Shown: piece by piece, positions 25,263-36,571 of the stretch | Layout: every line of letters begins with the position of its first letter | Numbering within the stretch: the first letter of the stretch is position 1 | Assembly: GCA_043767065.1 (NCBI GenBank) | Contig: JAYUHJ010000255.1 | Span: forward strand, 1-40,674 | Length of the DNA stretch: 40,674 nucleotides | Direction of reading: 5' to 3' | DNA from: Hyphomicrobiales bacterium | GTDB taxonomy: Bacteria > Pseudomonadota > Alphaproteobacteria > Rhizobiales > Xanthobacteraceae | Made by a program: the position numbers and the translations under genes | The notes under the pieces: generated by a model | Database searches by the model: none | What the model saw: the letters and a program-made list of their open reading frames with translations, nothing else | Told to the model about the DNA's origin: nothing

Positions 25263-26165
25263 ATGCAGATCGGCTTCATCGGCGTTGGCATGATGGGCCA
25301 CGGCATGGCCAAGAACCTCGTCGAAAAGGGGTTCAAGACGGCTGTGCTCGGCAACAAGAACCGCGTGCCGGTCGAGGATCTCATCAAGCGCGGTGCGCGC
25401 GAGGCGCGCGACCCGGCGGACGCGGCCGAGGACGCTGAGATCATTTTTCTCTGTGTGCCGGGCTCCCCTCAAGTCGAAGAGACCGTGCACGGGCCGCGGG
25501 GCTTACGTGGCGCAACCAAGCAAGGCCAGATCATCGTCGATTGCTCCACGAGCGAGCCGACTTCGACCAAGAAAATCCGCGAGGACTTGGCGAAGATCGG
25601 AGTGCCGTTCGTCGATGCGCCACTCGCGCGCACGCCCAAAGAGGCGGAGCTTGGCAAGCTCAATGTGATGGTCGGCGCCGAGCCGGACGTGTTCGCGCGC
25701 ATCAAGCCGGCACTCGAGGCGTTTGCCGAGAACATCTTCCATGTGGGCGTGCCGGGCTCCGGCCACGTGATGAAGCTCCTCAACAACTTTCTCGCCATGG
25801 GCCAAGCCGCGATGATCGCCGAGGTGCTGGTCGCGGGTGCGCGCGCCGGCGTCGATCTCGACGCGTTCCATAAGGTAGTCAGCGCCGGCGGCGTGAACAG
25901 CGGTATCTTCCAGATGCTGGTGACGAATATCTTGAAGGGCGACGATGGCGGCCTGCCCTTCCTGCTCAAGCTCGGACAGAAGGACGTCCGCTACTACACG
26001 CACCTCACCGAGAGCCTCGGCGTGCCGAGCCCGCTCGGCGAGACCGTGCATCAGGCATTCGTGCAGGCATCTTCGCTCGGCTACGGCGACCGCATGGTCG
26101 GCGGCCTGATCCGCGCGCAGGAGCAAATCACCGGAACCAAAATCAAGACGGGCGCCACCGGCTAA
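25263..26165 (+). CDS. NAD(P)-dependent oxidoreductase, 3-hydroxyisobutyrate dehydrogenase / tartronate semialdehyde reductase family
   Basis: Track ORF 25197..26165 trimmed to ATG 25263 (MQIGFIGVGMMGHGMAKNLVEKGF, the dinucleotide-binding motif). 300 aa. Catalytic-region motif GSGHVMKLLNN. Confidence 0.8.
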   Translation: MQIGFIGVGMMGHGMAKNLVEKGFKTAVLGNKNRVPVEDLIKRGAREARDPADAAEDAEIIFLCVPGSPQVEETVHGPRGLRGATKQGQIIVDCSTSEPTSTKKIREDLAKIGVPFVDAPLARTPKEAELGKLNVMVGAEPDVFARIKPALEAFAENIFHVGVPGSGHVMKLLNNFLAMGQAAMIAEVLVAGARAGVDLDAFHKVVSAGGVNSGIFQMLVTNILKGDDGGLPFLLKLGQKDVRYYTHLTESLGVPSPLGETVHQAFVQASSLGYGDRMVGGLIRAQEQITGTKIKTGATG

Positions 26166-26210
26166 GCGCCGGCCCGATCGAGCGCCCCGAAACCAAACGG
26201 AGGAAAAGTC

Positions 26211-27506
26211 ATGTCGAAATTCGAGACCACCCGGCGCGGGCTCCTGAAGGGCAGCGCCATGACCGCCGCGCTTGCCGGCACGGCCGCCTTCTTCGGCCCG
26301 TGGCAGCACACGCGCGTTTATGCCCAAGGCCAGAAGAAGCCGATCAAGCTCGGCCTCACCTGCGACGCCAGCGGCCAATACGGCAATAGCGGACAGGACG
26401 ACGTCCGCGGCATTCGCCTCGCGATCGACGAGTTCAACGCCAAGGGCGGGGTGCTCGGCCGCAAGATCGAATGGATCACCGCCGACACCGAAACGACGCC
26501 GGCGACCGGCAGCCGCGTGGCCGAGCGCTTCATTACGCGGGAGGAATGCGCGTTCCTGATCGGCGCGGTGCATTCGGGCGTGGCTAACGCCATCACCCAG
26601 ATCGCCGCCAAATACGGCACCATTTACCTCAACACGAATTCCTCCGCGCCGAGCGAAGCGGCCGAGAATTGCTCGCGCGTCAAGTTCGTCTGGGACGGCA
26701 ACGGCACCAACTTCGCCAAAGCCACGGTGAAGAACGCGGTCCAGTCGGTCGGCAAGAACTGGATGCTGCTGACCAACGACTATGTTTGGGGCCACTCCAC
26801 CTCGAACGCCACCAAGGCGCTGGTCGAGGCCAATGGCGGCAAGATTCTCGACAACCTGCTGGTGCCGCAGAATACGCGCGACTTCACTTCGTACCTGCTG
26901 AAAATCCAGCAGGCCAAGCCCGACGTGGTGGCGGCCGCGATCGGCGGCGACGACATCAAGGCGCTGCGCGCACAAGTCGCCCAGCTCAAGCTCGACGGCA
27001 AACCGGCCTGGATCAACAACCAGCAGGACTGGCCGGACGTGTGGGGCGCGCCGGAAAGCCTGTTCGGCGTGTTCGGCACGACCTGGTACCACAAGCTGAA
27101 ACTGCCCGGCGTCGATGCCTTCGTGAAGCGTTGGCAGGCCACATATAAAGACAGCCCGATCCCGGTGCCGGGCAACGTCTCCTACAACGGCTACATGGCG
27201 ACCAAGGAGCTGCTGCGCGCGATCGAGCGCGCGGGCTCGACCAACAACATCGCCGTGATCAAGCAGCTCGAGAACCTGAAAATCTCGGCGGCGGACCGCA
27301 TGCAGCACTACGACGCCTACATGGACCCGGTCACGCACCAGATGCAGCAGACGGTCTATCTCGCCCGGCGCAACATGAAGCCCGCCGACAACACCGACTA
27401 CTTCGAGATCGTGTCCTGGACCGAGCCGAAGGCGGTGACCGACGACGCCGCGCCGGGCAAGTGCAAACTCGCGGCCTATGAGCAGGTTCCGACGTACGAA
27501 CTCTGA
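26211..27506 (+). CDS. ABC transporter substrate-binding protein, LivJ/LivK-like (Peripla_BP_6) with a twin-arginine signal
   Basis: Track ORF, 431 aa. Signal TRRGLLKGSAMTAALAGTAAFF. The IKLGLTCDASGQYG...GVLGRKIE pattern matches branched-chain amino acid / amide binding proteins. Confidence 0.8.
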   Translation: MSKFETTRRGLLKGSAMTAALAGTAAFFGPWQHTRVYAQGQKKPIKLGLTCDASGQYGNSGQDDVRGIRLAIDEFNAKGGVLGRKIEWITADTETTPATGSRVAERFITREECAFLIGAVHSGVANAITQIAAKYGTIYLNTNSSAPSEAAENCSRVKFVWDGNGTNFAKATVKNAVQSVGKNWMLLTNDYVWGHSTSNATKALVEANGGKILDNLLVPQNTRDFTSYLLKIQQAKPDVVAAAIGGDDIKALRAQVAQLKLDGKPAWINNQQDWPDVWGAPESLFGVFGTTWYHKLKLPGVDAFVKRWQATYKDSPIPVPGNVSYNGYMATKELLRAIERAGSTNNIAVIKQLENLKISAADRMQHYDAYMDPVTHQMQQTVYLARRNMKPADNTDYFEIVSWTEPKAVTDDAAPGKCKLAAYEQVPTYEL

Positions 27507-27520
27507 TCTGGGCTAGGATG

Positions 27521-27559
27521 GCGCCGGGTCCGCTCCTCCCGCGGCCCGGCGCATTTTTT
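27521..27559 (+). terminator. Intrinsic terminator or attenuator after the binding-protein gene
   Basis: GCGCCGGG-16 nt-CCCGGCGC forms an 8-bp stem followed by ATTTTTT. It starts 15 nt after the stop at 27506. Confidence 0.55.
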
Positions 27560-27570
27560 CACGGGTGCGC

Positions 27571-28497
27571 ATGATGCTGCTCGACCTGCTGCCGCACATC
27601 CTGAACGGCGTCATGCTCGGGCTGTTGTTCGCCCTGGTCGCGCTCGGCTTCATGCTGATCGTCGGCCTGATGGAGCAGATCAACCTCGCCCACGGCTCGC
27701 TGTTCGCGCTCGGCGCGTATCTGGCGCTCGCCATCGTCGGCGGCGAGAACGTGTTCGGGCCCTATCTCGGCGAGGCGTGGAAGAGTCTTCCACTCAGCGC
27801 GCGCTACGCGGTGGCGCTCATCGTGGCCCCGCTCCTCGTGGCCGTTGTCGGCATGGGCGTCGAGGTGCTGATGCGGCGGACCTACGGCAAGGACCCGCTG
27901 TTCGGCCTGTTGCTCACCTTCGGTGTTGCGATGGTGCTGGAAGAAGCGATCCGCGGCATCTGGGGCACGCGCGATTACGTGCTGCAGATTCCGCAAGGCG
28001 TGAGCGGCGGCTTTATCTTCCAGGACTTGGTCTGGTCGACCTATCGCTTCTATGCGGCGGGCTTTGCGGCACTCGCCATCGGGCTGGTGTGGCTCTTTAT
28101 CGAGAAGACGCCCTATGGCGCCGTCATCAAAGCCGGCGCGCACGACAACGAGATGGTGCGCGCGCTGGGGATCAATCTCTCGGTCTTGCGGCTCTTCGTA
28201 TTCGCGTTCGGCACACTGCTCGCAGCCATCGCAGGCATCATCCTCGCCCCAATCTGGGGCATCCGGCCGCACATGGGCGTCGATGCGGTGGTGCCTGCCT
28301 TCCTCGTCATCGTGCTCGGCGGCATCGGCAGCTTCTGGGGCGCGGTGATCGCGTCGCTCCTGTGCGGTGCGCTGGTGGGTCTTGCCGGCGCCTATGCGTC
28401 GGAATGGTCGCTGCTGTCGATCTACCTGCTCTTGATCCTCGTCACCACAGTGCGCGCGCGCGGCCTGTTCGGCAAGAAAAGCCTCCTGGAGGCTTGA
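27571..28497 (+). CDS. Branched-chain amino acid-type ABC transporter permease (LivH-like)
   Basis: Track ORF 27565..28497 (GTG start). An ATG at 27571 gives MMLLDLLPHILNGVMLGLLFALVALGF, a LivH-type N-terminus. Confidence 0.85.
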   Translation: MMLLDLLPHILNGVMLGLLFALVALGFMLIVGLMEQINLAHGSLFALGAYLALAIVGGENVFGPYLGEAWKSLPLSARYAVALIVAPLLVAVVGMGVEVLMRRTYGKDPLFGLLLTFGVAMVLEEAIRGIWGTRDYVLQIPQGVSGGFIFQDLVWSTYRFYAAGFAALAIGLVWLFIEKTPYGAVIKAGAHDNEMVRALGINLSVLRLFVFAFGTLLAAIAGIILAPIWGIRPHMGVDAVVPAFLVIVLGGIGSFWGAVIASLLCGALVGLAGAYASEWSLLSIYLLLILVTTVRARGLFGKKSLLEA

Positions 28498-28498
28498 G

Positions 28499-29526
28499 AT
28501 GCTGCCGAGCCCGAACGCCTCCCCTCGCCTGGTGACACCGACGATCGCGCTCGTGCTCTTGGTGCTCGCCACCGTGCCGTTCTGGATCGAGCGGATCGGG
28601 CTTTATCCCTATCTCGGCGTCGAGATTCTCATTTGGTCGATCTATGCGCTCGGGTTCAATCTGCTGCTCGGCTACACCGGCCTGCCCTCCTTCGGACACG
28701 GCGCCTACTTCGGCGTCGGCGCCTATGCCTTCGGCCTCGCGCAGTTCAACCTGGTGCCGAACCTCTGGGTCTGCCTGCTCGTCGCCGTCGCCGCGGCCGC
28801 CTTCGCCGGTCTGTTTGTCGCCTGTTTCATCTCGCATCGGCGCGGCATTTATTACGCGCTGATGACCATCGCTTTCGGGCAGGTGTTCTGGTTCATCGCC
28901 ATCAAGACCCACAGCGTCACCGGCGGCGAGGACGGACTCCTGAAGATCGCCCGTCTGCCGGCCGAAGTCGGCGTCGCGCGCTTCGATCTCTCGTCGAACG
29001 TGGCGCTCTACTACTTCGCGCTCGCCGCCTTCGCGCTGGTGCTGATCGGACTGTGGCGGCTGGTGAACTCGCCGTTCGGGCGCGTGTTGCAGGCGATCCG
29101 GCAGAACGAGACGCGCGTCACCTTCCTTGGTTACGGCGTCTGGCCGATCAAGGTCGCGGTGTTCACGCTCTCAGCGGCGATCTCTGGCTTCGCCGGCGCG
29201 CTGTTCGCCATGGCGCAGACCTCGGCCTTCCCCGACGTGATGAGTCTGCATCACTCCGGCTACATCGTGATGATGACGCTGGTGGGCGGCGGGCTGGTGA
29301 GCTTCTGGGGGCCGGTGATCGGCGTGTTCGCCTTCCTGCTGACGCGCGACATCATCGGCGCGCTGACCACGGCCTGGATGTTCTGGTTCGGGCTCTTCTT
29401 CGTACTGGTCGTGCTGTTCAAGCCCGAAGGCATCGCCGGCCTGTTGCGCGATCTCAAGGACGGCTGGATGCGTCGCAATTTCAGCGCGCCAGCCGCGACG
29501 CCAGTCAAGGAACCGGGGAGCTCTTG

Positions 29527-29527
<1 letters not shown>
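28499..29527 (+). CDS. Branched-chain amino acid-type ABC transporter permease (LivM-like)
   Basis: Track ORF, 342 aa. Contains LLLGYTGLPSFGHGAYFGVGAY, typical of LivM. Confidence 0.85.
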
Positions 29528-30269
<742 letters not shown>

Positions 30270-30270
<1 letters not shown>

Positions 30271-30965
30271 TGCTCGAGCTCTCCGGCATCGATGTGTTCT
30301 ACGGCGAGACCCAGGCGCTGTTCGACGTCTCGCTCGGGCTCGAGCGCGGCGAGGTCGTGGCGCTGCTTGGCCCCAACGGCGCCGGCAAGACCACGACGCT
30401 GCGCGCGATCCTCGGCCTCACGCCGGCGCGGCACGGGCGCGTGCGCTTCGAGGGTATCGACATTACACGCAAGCCCACCCACGAGATCGCGCGTCTCGGC
30501 GTCGGCTGGGTGCCGGACGATCGGCGTATTTGCCCGACGCTCACGGTCGCGCGCAATCTGTCGATCGCGGTGAAACGAACCAAGTTCCGTTCCTGGAAGC
30601 TCAAGGAGGTGACCGAGATTTTCACCGCGCTCGATTACCTGATGGACCGCGAGGCCGAGACGCTTTCCGGCGGCGAGATGCAGATGGTGGCGATCTCGCG
30701 AGCGCTCCTCGGTGCGCCGGGACTCGTGCTGTTCGACGAGCCAAGCCAGGGGCTGGCACCTAAAGTCGTGCTCGACATGCTTTCCACGATCGAACGACTC
30801 AAGGCCGAAGGCGTCGCCGCGATCGTCGTGGAACAGAATGCCGACGTTGCACTGGCCGTCGCTGACCGAGTCCTGATCCTCGACAATGGCCGCATCGCTT
30901 GGACCGGGTCCGCCGCGCAATTGCGCGAGGATTCGGCGCTCAAGCGGCGTCTGCTTGGAGAGTGA
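30270..30965 (+). CDS. ABC transporter ATP-binding protein (LivF-like)
   Basis: Track ORF 30183..30965 trimmed to ATG 30270 (MLELSGIDVFYGETQAL...). Walker A GPNGAGKTT, signature LSGGEMQM, Walker B LVLFDEPSQGL. Confidence 0.85.
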
Positions 30966-30967
30966 TT

Positions 30968-31599
30968 GTGCAAGAGCCGATCCTCGTCGTCGACAAGGTG
31001 CGAAAAGTGTACCGGCGCGGGTTTCTCGCGCGGCGCGAGACCTTTTCGCTTTCGGCCGATCTCGCTTTCCCGCGCTCACGCATTGTCGGCGTGATCGGGC
31101 CCAATGGCGCGGGCAAGACCACGCTGTTCGAGCTCATCACCGGCAATAATGCGCCGAGCCAGGGCCGCATCCTCGTCGCCGGGCGCAATATCCACGCGGT
31201 CAAGATCGACGAGCGCGACCGCCTCGCGATCCACTATCACCAGTCCTACCAGGTGCGCCGCTTCGTGACGCTCAAGCCCTCGGCATTGATGGCATCGGCG
31301 AACAGCGACGCGCCGGTCGTGCACCTGTTCGACGAGCCGCAGTTCAATACCCAGGACGGCTATATCGGATTCATGCTGGCGTTCTTTCGTAAGCTGCGGG
31401 CCGAGGGCAAGCTGGTGTTCGTGTCGCTGCACCCGACCGCGGCGTATCACCTTGAGATTCTCAAGGAGATCGCCGAGGAGTTCCTGGTGGTTGGCGGCGG
31501 CCGCGTCGAACGCCGCGAAGACTTCAAGAGCCTCGTCGCCGATCCCGCCGTGCGCGCCTATCTCGGCCCTGATATGGTGGCGCGAGCCGAGACGATCCA

Positions 31600-31603
<4 letters not shown>
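30968..31603 (+). CDS. Truncated ABC-ATPase-like protein lacking the LSGGQ signature region
   Basis: Track ORF 30899..31603 trimmed to GTG 30968, with GGAGAG 5 nt upstream. 211 aa. Walker A GPNGAGKTT, Walker B VVHLFDEP, H-loop-like SLHP. Only about 72 residues separate the Walker A Lys from the Walker B Asp, against about 117 in the adjacent LivF, and no signature motif is present. ATGA overlap with the next gene. Confidence 0.65.
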
Positions 31604-32343
<740 letters not shown>

Positions 32344-32350
32344 GCGAAGA

Positions 32351-32364
32351 AACAGGGAATTTTC
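32351..32364 (+). repeat. AACAGGGAATTTTC, identical to 40365-40378
   Basis: Lies 8 nt after the SDR stop. Exact 14-mer match to the last unit of the array at 40.3 kb. Confidence 0.85.
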
Positions 32365-32393
32365 CTCGCCGTGACGTTTCCAGTACGCCGAGG
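32364..32393 (+). terminator. Candidate terminator hairpin after the SDR gene
   Basis: CCTCGCCGT-12 nt-ACGCCGAGG forms a 9-bp stem with one mismatch, followed by TCTTCCT. It sits in a convergent gap. Confidence 0.35.
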
Positions 32394-32422
32394 TCTTCCT
32401 GCTAGTCGCGAGATCCGCAAGT

Positions 32423-33397
32423 TCAATAGGTTACCGTCGCAACAATTGTATCGGTGTAGAGTCCGGGTGATGGTGTCGTTTGCGCTGGCACACGACCGTA
32501 GACGGTAAGAGTCTGGGCCAAGCCCGTACCAGTTCCCGCTGCGGTATCGACACTGATCGTACTGCCCCACGGCAAGGTTCTCGCAGAATCGCGGTAAAGG
32601 CCGTAGGTGATTTTTTCGGCGCCTTTCGACATTTTGCGCAACGTCGGGTTCGTCGCGGCGTCATTGCCGCCATTCAGCGAAACGGTGTAGGGCGCCGACG
32701 CCGTACAGGTGATACTGAGCGTGCCCGTCGCGTTGACTGCCGTCTGGATGACACCGGTCGTGCCGAAATCGACGGTGGTAGCGGTCACCGAGCAAGTCGT
32801 GACGTTCGTCGCGGTCACCGTAAAGGGCGCCCGAGTGATATTGGTGCCACCGATAGCCGCGCAATTATTGCTATTGCCCCGCGTATAGGCATAAGCGATC
32901 GCGGTGTTCGTTCCGGTGAAAGCTGAAATATAGGTTCCCGATGGCTTAGTCTGTTGAGCGGCAGACACGCGAGCGAATATCGTCCGCGTGATGGATCCCA
33001 GCCCATTCTGCAATTGGATGTCGATCGTCGGAGGCGTAAAGGCGAACCCCCAGAAATATGAACCCCACACGGTCGTTCGCGCGCTGTCCGAGTATAGATT
33101 GAAGTTGAGCTGGTTCGCTCCGCTAAGGAGAAATCGCGGATTGCCGGTCGTCGAGCCGCCCGTGCCAAGGCCGATGCTTGGACAGATGCGAATCCTTCTG
33201 TTTCCATTTCCTGTACAATTGGCGCTGAACGTCGCGGTCGTATCGAAGACCGTATTGGCGCTCACATCGATATTGCCAAAATTGACGTTGGTGATGCTGA
33301 AACTGCAAGTTTGCGCGTCCGCAACTTCAGCCGCGACGACAGCCAAAATGAAGGCCAGAACGCCGAGAACCCCTCTTCGACGCGCAGAGGCGAGCAT
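32423..33397 (-). CDS. Tandem SCPU (spore coat protein U)-domain pilus subunit, CsuE-like terminal subunit or adhesin
   Basis: Track ORF 32423..33469 trimmed to ATG 33397 (MLASARRRGVLGVLAFILAVVAAEVADA signal), which overlaps the usher stop (TAATG). Two SCPU-like halves each open with a T-C-S motif (QTCSFSITNVNFG and TTCSVTATTVDFG). The C-terminus GRVPAQTTPSPGLYTDTIVATVTY parallels that of the pilin. Confidence 0.75.
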   Translation of the reverse strand: MLASARRRGVLGVLAFILAVVAAEVADAQTCSFSITNVNFGNIDVSANTVFDTTATFSANCTGNGNRRIRICPSIGLGTGGSTTGNPRFLLSGANQLNFNLYSDSARTTVWGSYFWGFAFTPPTIDIQLQNGLGSITRTIFARVSAAQQTKPSGTYISAFTGTNTAIAYAYTRGNSNNCAAIGGTNITRAPFTVTATNVTTCSVTATTVDFGTTGVIQTAVNATGTLSITCTASAPYTVSLNGGNDAATNPTLRKMSKGAEKITYGLYRDSARTLPWGSTISVDTAAGTGTGLAQTLTVYGRVPAQTTPSPGLYTDTIVATVTY

Positions 33398-35787
33398 TAC
33401 TGGCAACGAACGGGCCCGATCACGACTTGGCTGTCTCCCGCCGGGGCAAACGCGAAACTTGCGCGGCATTCGCCAGTCTCGGTCGCAACCAGCACCGCGT
33501 TCTCTGGTTTCAAGTTTTTCACGAATGTGCGGCCGTCATAACCCACGACGAAACTCTCCTCGCCGCCATCGATCCGTCCCTTCGAGCCGACCGGAAGCGG
33601 CTTGCCCTTAGCGTCCGTGAGCATCACCACCGCGGAACTCACATTCGTTTTAACTCCGAAGCGCACGACAACACCGGCACGGTCCGCCGGCGCCACCACG
33701 TCCTTTACCTGTGGTATGTCGGCGTTAACGGGCAGGCTGCGCGGGTCGATCGAAATCTTGTTCGCCTGATAGGCACGCAAGCTCGGCACCAGGTACAGAC
33801 CCTGCGGATTACTCACGCCGAGCGGGCGGTTTTCATAGAACACCTCCACACCGGGCGCTCCGACATCGACCACGGCAAAGGAATCGTCGATCCGATTGGA
33901 GAAGAAGACGCCGCCGCCCATCGTCGCGATCGCGCCCTCGAATTCAGCAGTGCCACGCACACTGCGGCCAAACTGCTCGACTCCAGTCTGAACCCGGCCG
34001 ACGGACGTACGGTACGACGCCGCGGCAGCGCGATACGGCGTTGCGCCTTCGCTATCGCGTATCCGCCAGCCATAGCTGCCGATTTCCTGCGACAAGGGTC
34101 TCACAGCGTCTGCTACGACACTGGTTCCTTCTCGGCTGCTCAGGACTCCGAGCGAAGCGGTCTCTCTTTGACCGAACGGGATCGACAGGCCGGCATAAAC
34201 TCCAAGATTCCGCCGATCGCCACAATCCACGTAGGCGGTGACGAACAACTGCGAGCTTGCGGCAAAAGAACGCGACCAGGACGCACTGACGATCTGCGAT
34301 CGGGGGCCCATATCCGGCTCCAGATTAATGTAGCTCAAGCTGATGCTCGACCTGTCGAACGGTATCGGCATGCTGATAGTAGCGCGGTCGAGCGCTTTGG
34401 GAGGCCGCAAGCTGATCCCGAGCGGTAGAGGCGACAAGTTCATGAGGGGTATGTTCCGCCCGGTCACCGAGGCCAGGTCGTCGTAGCGGCCGAATGTGCG
34501 TTGCGAGCTGAGGTTGAAAAACATTCCGAGGATCTTGGTCTCGTACGCGGCGAAGAGCTGGAGGCCAGTATCCCCCGCAAATTGGCTACCGCTCGCGGCC
34601 AGCGAGAGGACGCCGAATGAGCCAGTCAATGTGGTCAGTCCGACGCCGCCATTGTAGAGGCCGTTTCCTATTTCGCCGTGCGTTTCGAGAGTCAGCGTAT
34701 CGAGAAGTCCATACCGCACGCTGAAAGATGCGAAAGCATCGCGGAGGTAGTCGTCCGATGCGGTGCCGTAGCCGAGCCGCGGATAGCCTGCCTCGACCGA
34801 GAAGTCCCAAAGACCCGAGCGCAGCAAGATCGGGGTGCTGTAGAACGGCATCGTGGTTTCGACTTCACGGCCTGTAGCGTCGCGCAAGACTACGCGGGCG
34901 TTACCGCCCGATAAGACCGGCAGGTTCGCGACGGAGTACGGACCGGCCGGCACGTCCTGCGAAAACGTCTTCACGTTGTTCAGGTAGACATCGAGCGTCG
35001 AGGGTACCAGCGCCGTTCCCGAGACTGCCGGCAACGGATTCGTGATCAAGTCCGAACGCAACGCGAAATTCCGCTGCATCTGTAGACCGCCGAACCGGAT
35101 TGAGCGCGTCCAGCTGAGCCCTCCGGATATTGCATCACCGGCCCGATACGTCACGAGCGTCGAGGGATTCGAATATGTGTAAGTCGTGTCCAGGCGGAGC
35201 GCATCCGCCTCGCGCATCGTTGTCGTGCCGAGAATCGCCGATTGGGACAAGACGCCGTAGGGGCTGAAAAAGCGCGCGTCCAGGAAAGCGGAGGCGCCGC
35301 TGAATGCGAACTTTGATTTGTCGAACCCGTAGCTGTTGACGGCAAACAGCGTGTAATTGAGTACGGAACCGTAGTCGGACGGAGTCGGCGGCAGTGCACT
35401 TGGAACCACACCCGCATCGTACTGTCGGGTGACACGCTGGCTGTTGCTGAGAGTAATTGTGATCGTCTGGGTCCGTTCGTCGTAGCGATAGGTAATACCC
35501 GAGATCGTCTCCAGAACGATCAGTTCGTCGGCGGAGCCGGAGCCCGGAGCTTTGAGGCCAATTTCTTCGAGCTCGCCGCGGCAAGCGCTCAAGCGCCCGT
35601 CAGGAAGCTGCGAGAACGAGCCGATAAGGCGTGTCTTCTCGCCGTTGATGAATACTTCCAGCTGCAGCGATCGGTTGTCCGGCAGTTTCGCGAACGCAGG
35701 CACCGTCCCTAGACCCGCGATCGAATAGATCGCGAGCACCAGGAGCGCGGCAATGGTCGTCCTTTGGTGGCCGACGAGCGATTTCAT
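33397..35787 (-). CDS. Fimbrial outer-membrane usher protein
   Basis: Track ORF, 796 aa. Has a signal peptide, usher size and beta-rich sequence, and lies between the chaperone and the terminal subunit. Confidence 0.85.
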   Translation of the reverse strand: MKSLVGHQRTTIAALLVLAIYSIAGLGTVPAFAKLPDNRSLQLEVFINGEKTRLIGSFSQLPDGRLSACRGELEEIGLKAPGSGSADELIVLETISGITYRYDERTQTITITLSNSQRVTRQYDAGVVPSALPPTPSDYGSVLNYTLFAVNSYGFDKSKFAFSGASAFLDARFFSPYGVLSQSAILGTTTMREADALRLDTTYTYSNPSTLVTYRAGDAISGGLSWTRSIRFGGLQMQRNFALRSDLITNPLPAVSGTALVPSTLDVYLNNVKTFSQDVPAGPYSVANLPVLSGGNARVVLRDATGREVETTMPFYSTPILLRSGLWDFSVEAGYPRLGYGTASDDYLRDAFASFSVRYGLLDTLTLETHGEIGNGLYNGGVGLTTLTGSFGVLSLAASGSQFAGDTGLQLFAAYETKILGMFFNLSSQRTFGRYDDLASVTGRNIPLMNLSPLPLGISLRPPKALDRATISMPIPFDRSSISLSYINLEPDMGPRSQIVSASWSRSFAASSQLFVTAYVDCGDRRNLGVYAGLSIPFGQRETASLGVLSSREGTSVVADAVRPLSQEIGSYGWRIRDSEGATPYRAAAASYRTSVGRVQTGVEQFGRSVRGTAEFEGAIATMGGGVFFSNRIDDSFAVVDVGAPGVEVFYENRPLGVSNPQGLYLVPSLRAYQANKISIDPRSLPVNADIPQVKDVVAPADRAGVVVRFGVKTNVSSAVVMLTDAKGKPLPVGSKGRIDGGEESFVVGYDGRTFVKNLKPENAVLVATETGECRASFAFAPAGDSQVVIGPVRCQ

Positions 35788-35809
35788 TGAGCACGACCAC
35801 GAAGGGGTG

Positions 35810-36550
35810 TCAGCGCGCGCCGGTCGGCGCCGCCGATGCAGTGATCGGCCCGCGATCGCCTTGCGCGGAAACCGTCACCAAGCCGCTTAGACTGAATGCG
35901 CCTGCCGACCTCGGTACAAGCCAACGCACTGCGGAACGGCCGAGAGCGTAACCGGCGAGGCCGTCACCGAAGGAAACCATCTTTCCCCCGGCATCCCGAA
36001 TCTGCAGCCGAGAGATGCGCGCCCGGCGATCGCCGCTATTGGTCGCGACGAGATAGGTGCGACCTCCCTTCGGCTGAATTGTCCAACTCAGCTTCGCTTC
36101 GCTGCTTTCGCCGGCGACAAAGAATATCGGGATCGAGTAACGCAGGACGATATTTACGGCGGCGTTCCGTTTGCGCGCCGGATCGGGCAATTCGTCCACC
36201 AGCAGGCGGTACGATTCCTCGCCGACAATCGGGGTCTTCGTGACCCGCACGATTCGTACCGTGTAGTCGGCCTTAGGCTGAATGGAGACGAGCGGTGGAC
36301 TTGCAACGACGTCCGTGGTCGGGACGAGTCTTTCCTCGCCATCCACCTGCGTCCAACGAAACACCCGAACTTGTGCATCGAGCGGGCGTTCGCTGTCGTT
36401 ACGCAAGGTGAAGATAGATGTCGCGCCGGGTGCCAACACTTCGACGCTGACCGGCGCGACGCTTAGTGAAGCAGCCCTGGAGGCCGAGGATGCACATGTG
36501 ATTGTGGCTATCGCCAATCCGACAATTGCCCAAGACTTGATGGTCATCAC
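35810..36550 (-). CDS. Periplasmic pilus chaperone (PapD-like / CsuC-like)
   Basis: Track ORF, 246 aa. Signal peptide, then LSVAPVSVEVLAPGATSIFTLRNDSERPLDAQVRVFRW, typical of the chaperone N-domain. Confidence 0.8.
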   Translation of the reverse strand: MMTIKSWAIVGLAIATITCASSASRAASLSVAPVSVEVLAPGATSIFTLRNDSERPLDAQVRVFRWTQVDGEERLVPTTDVVASPPLVSIQPKADYTVRIVRVTKTPIVGEESYRLLVDELPDPARKRNAAVNIVLRYSIPIFFVAGESSEAKLSWTIQPKGGRTYLVATNSGDRRARISRLQIRDAGGKMVSFGDGLAGYALGRSAVRWLVPRSAGAFSLSGLVTVSAQGDRGPITASAAPTGAR

Positions 36551-36571
36551 TCGTCCCCCAGAGCTGCGATT

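Noticed and set aside
25503-27338. 611-aa - strand ORF
   Set aside because: It spans two well-supported + strand genes (the reductase and the binding protein) and their intergenic gap. It has no recognisable domain.
33427-34428. 333-aa + strand ORF
   Set aside because: It is antisense to the usher gene and is a shadow ORF.
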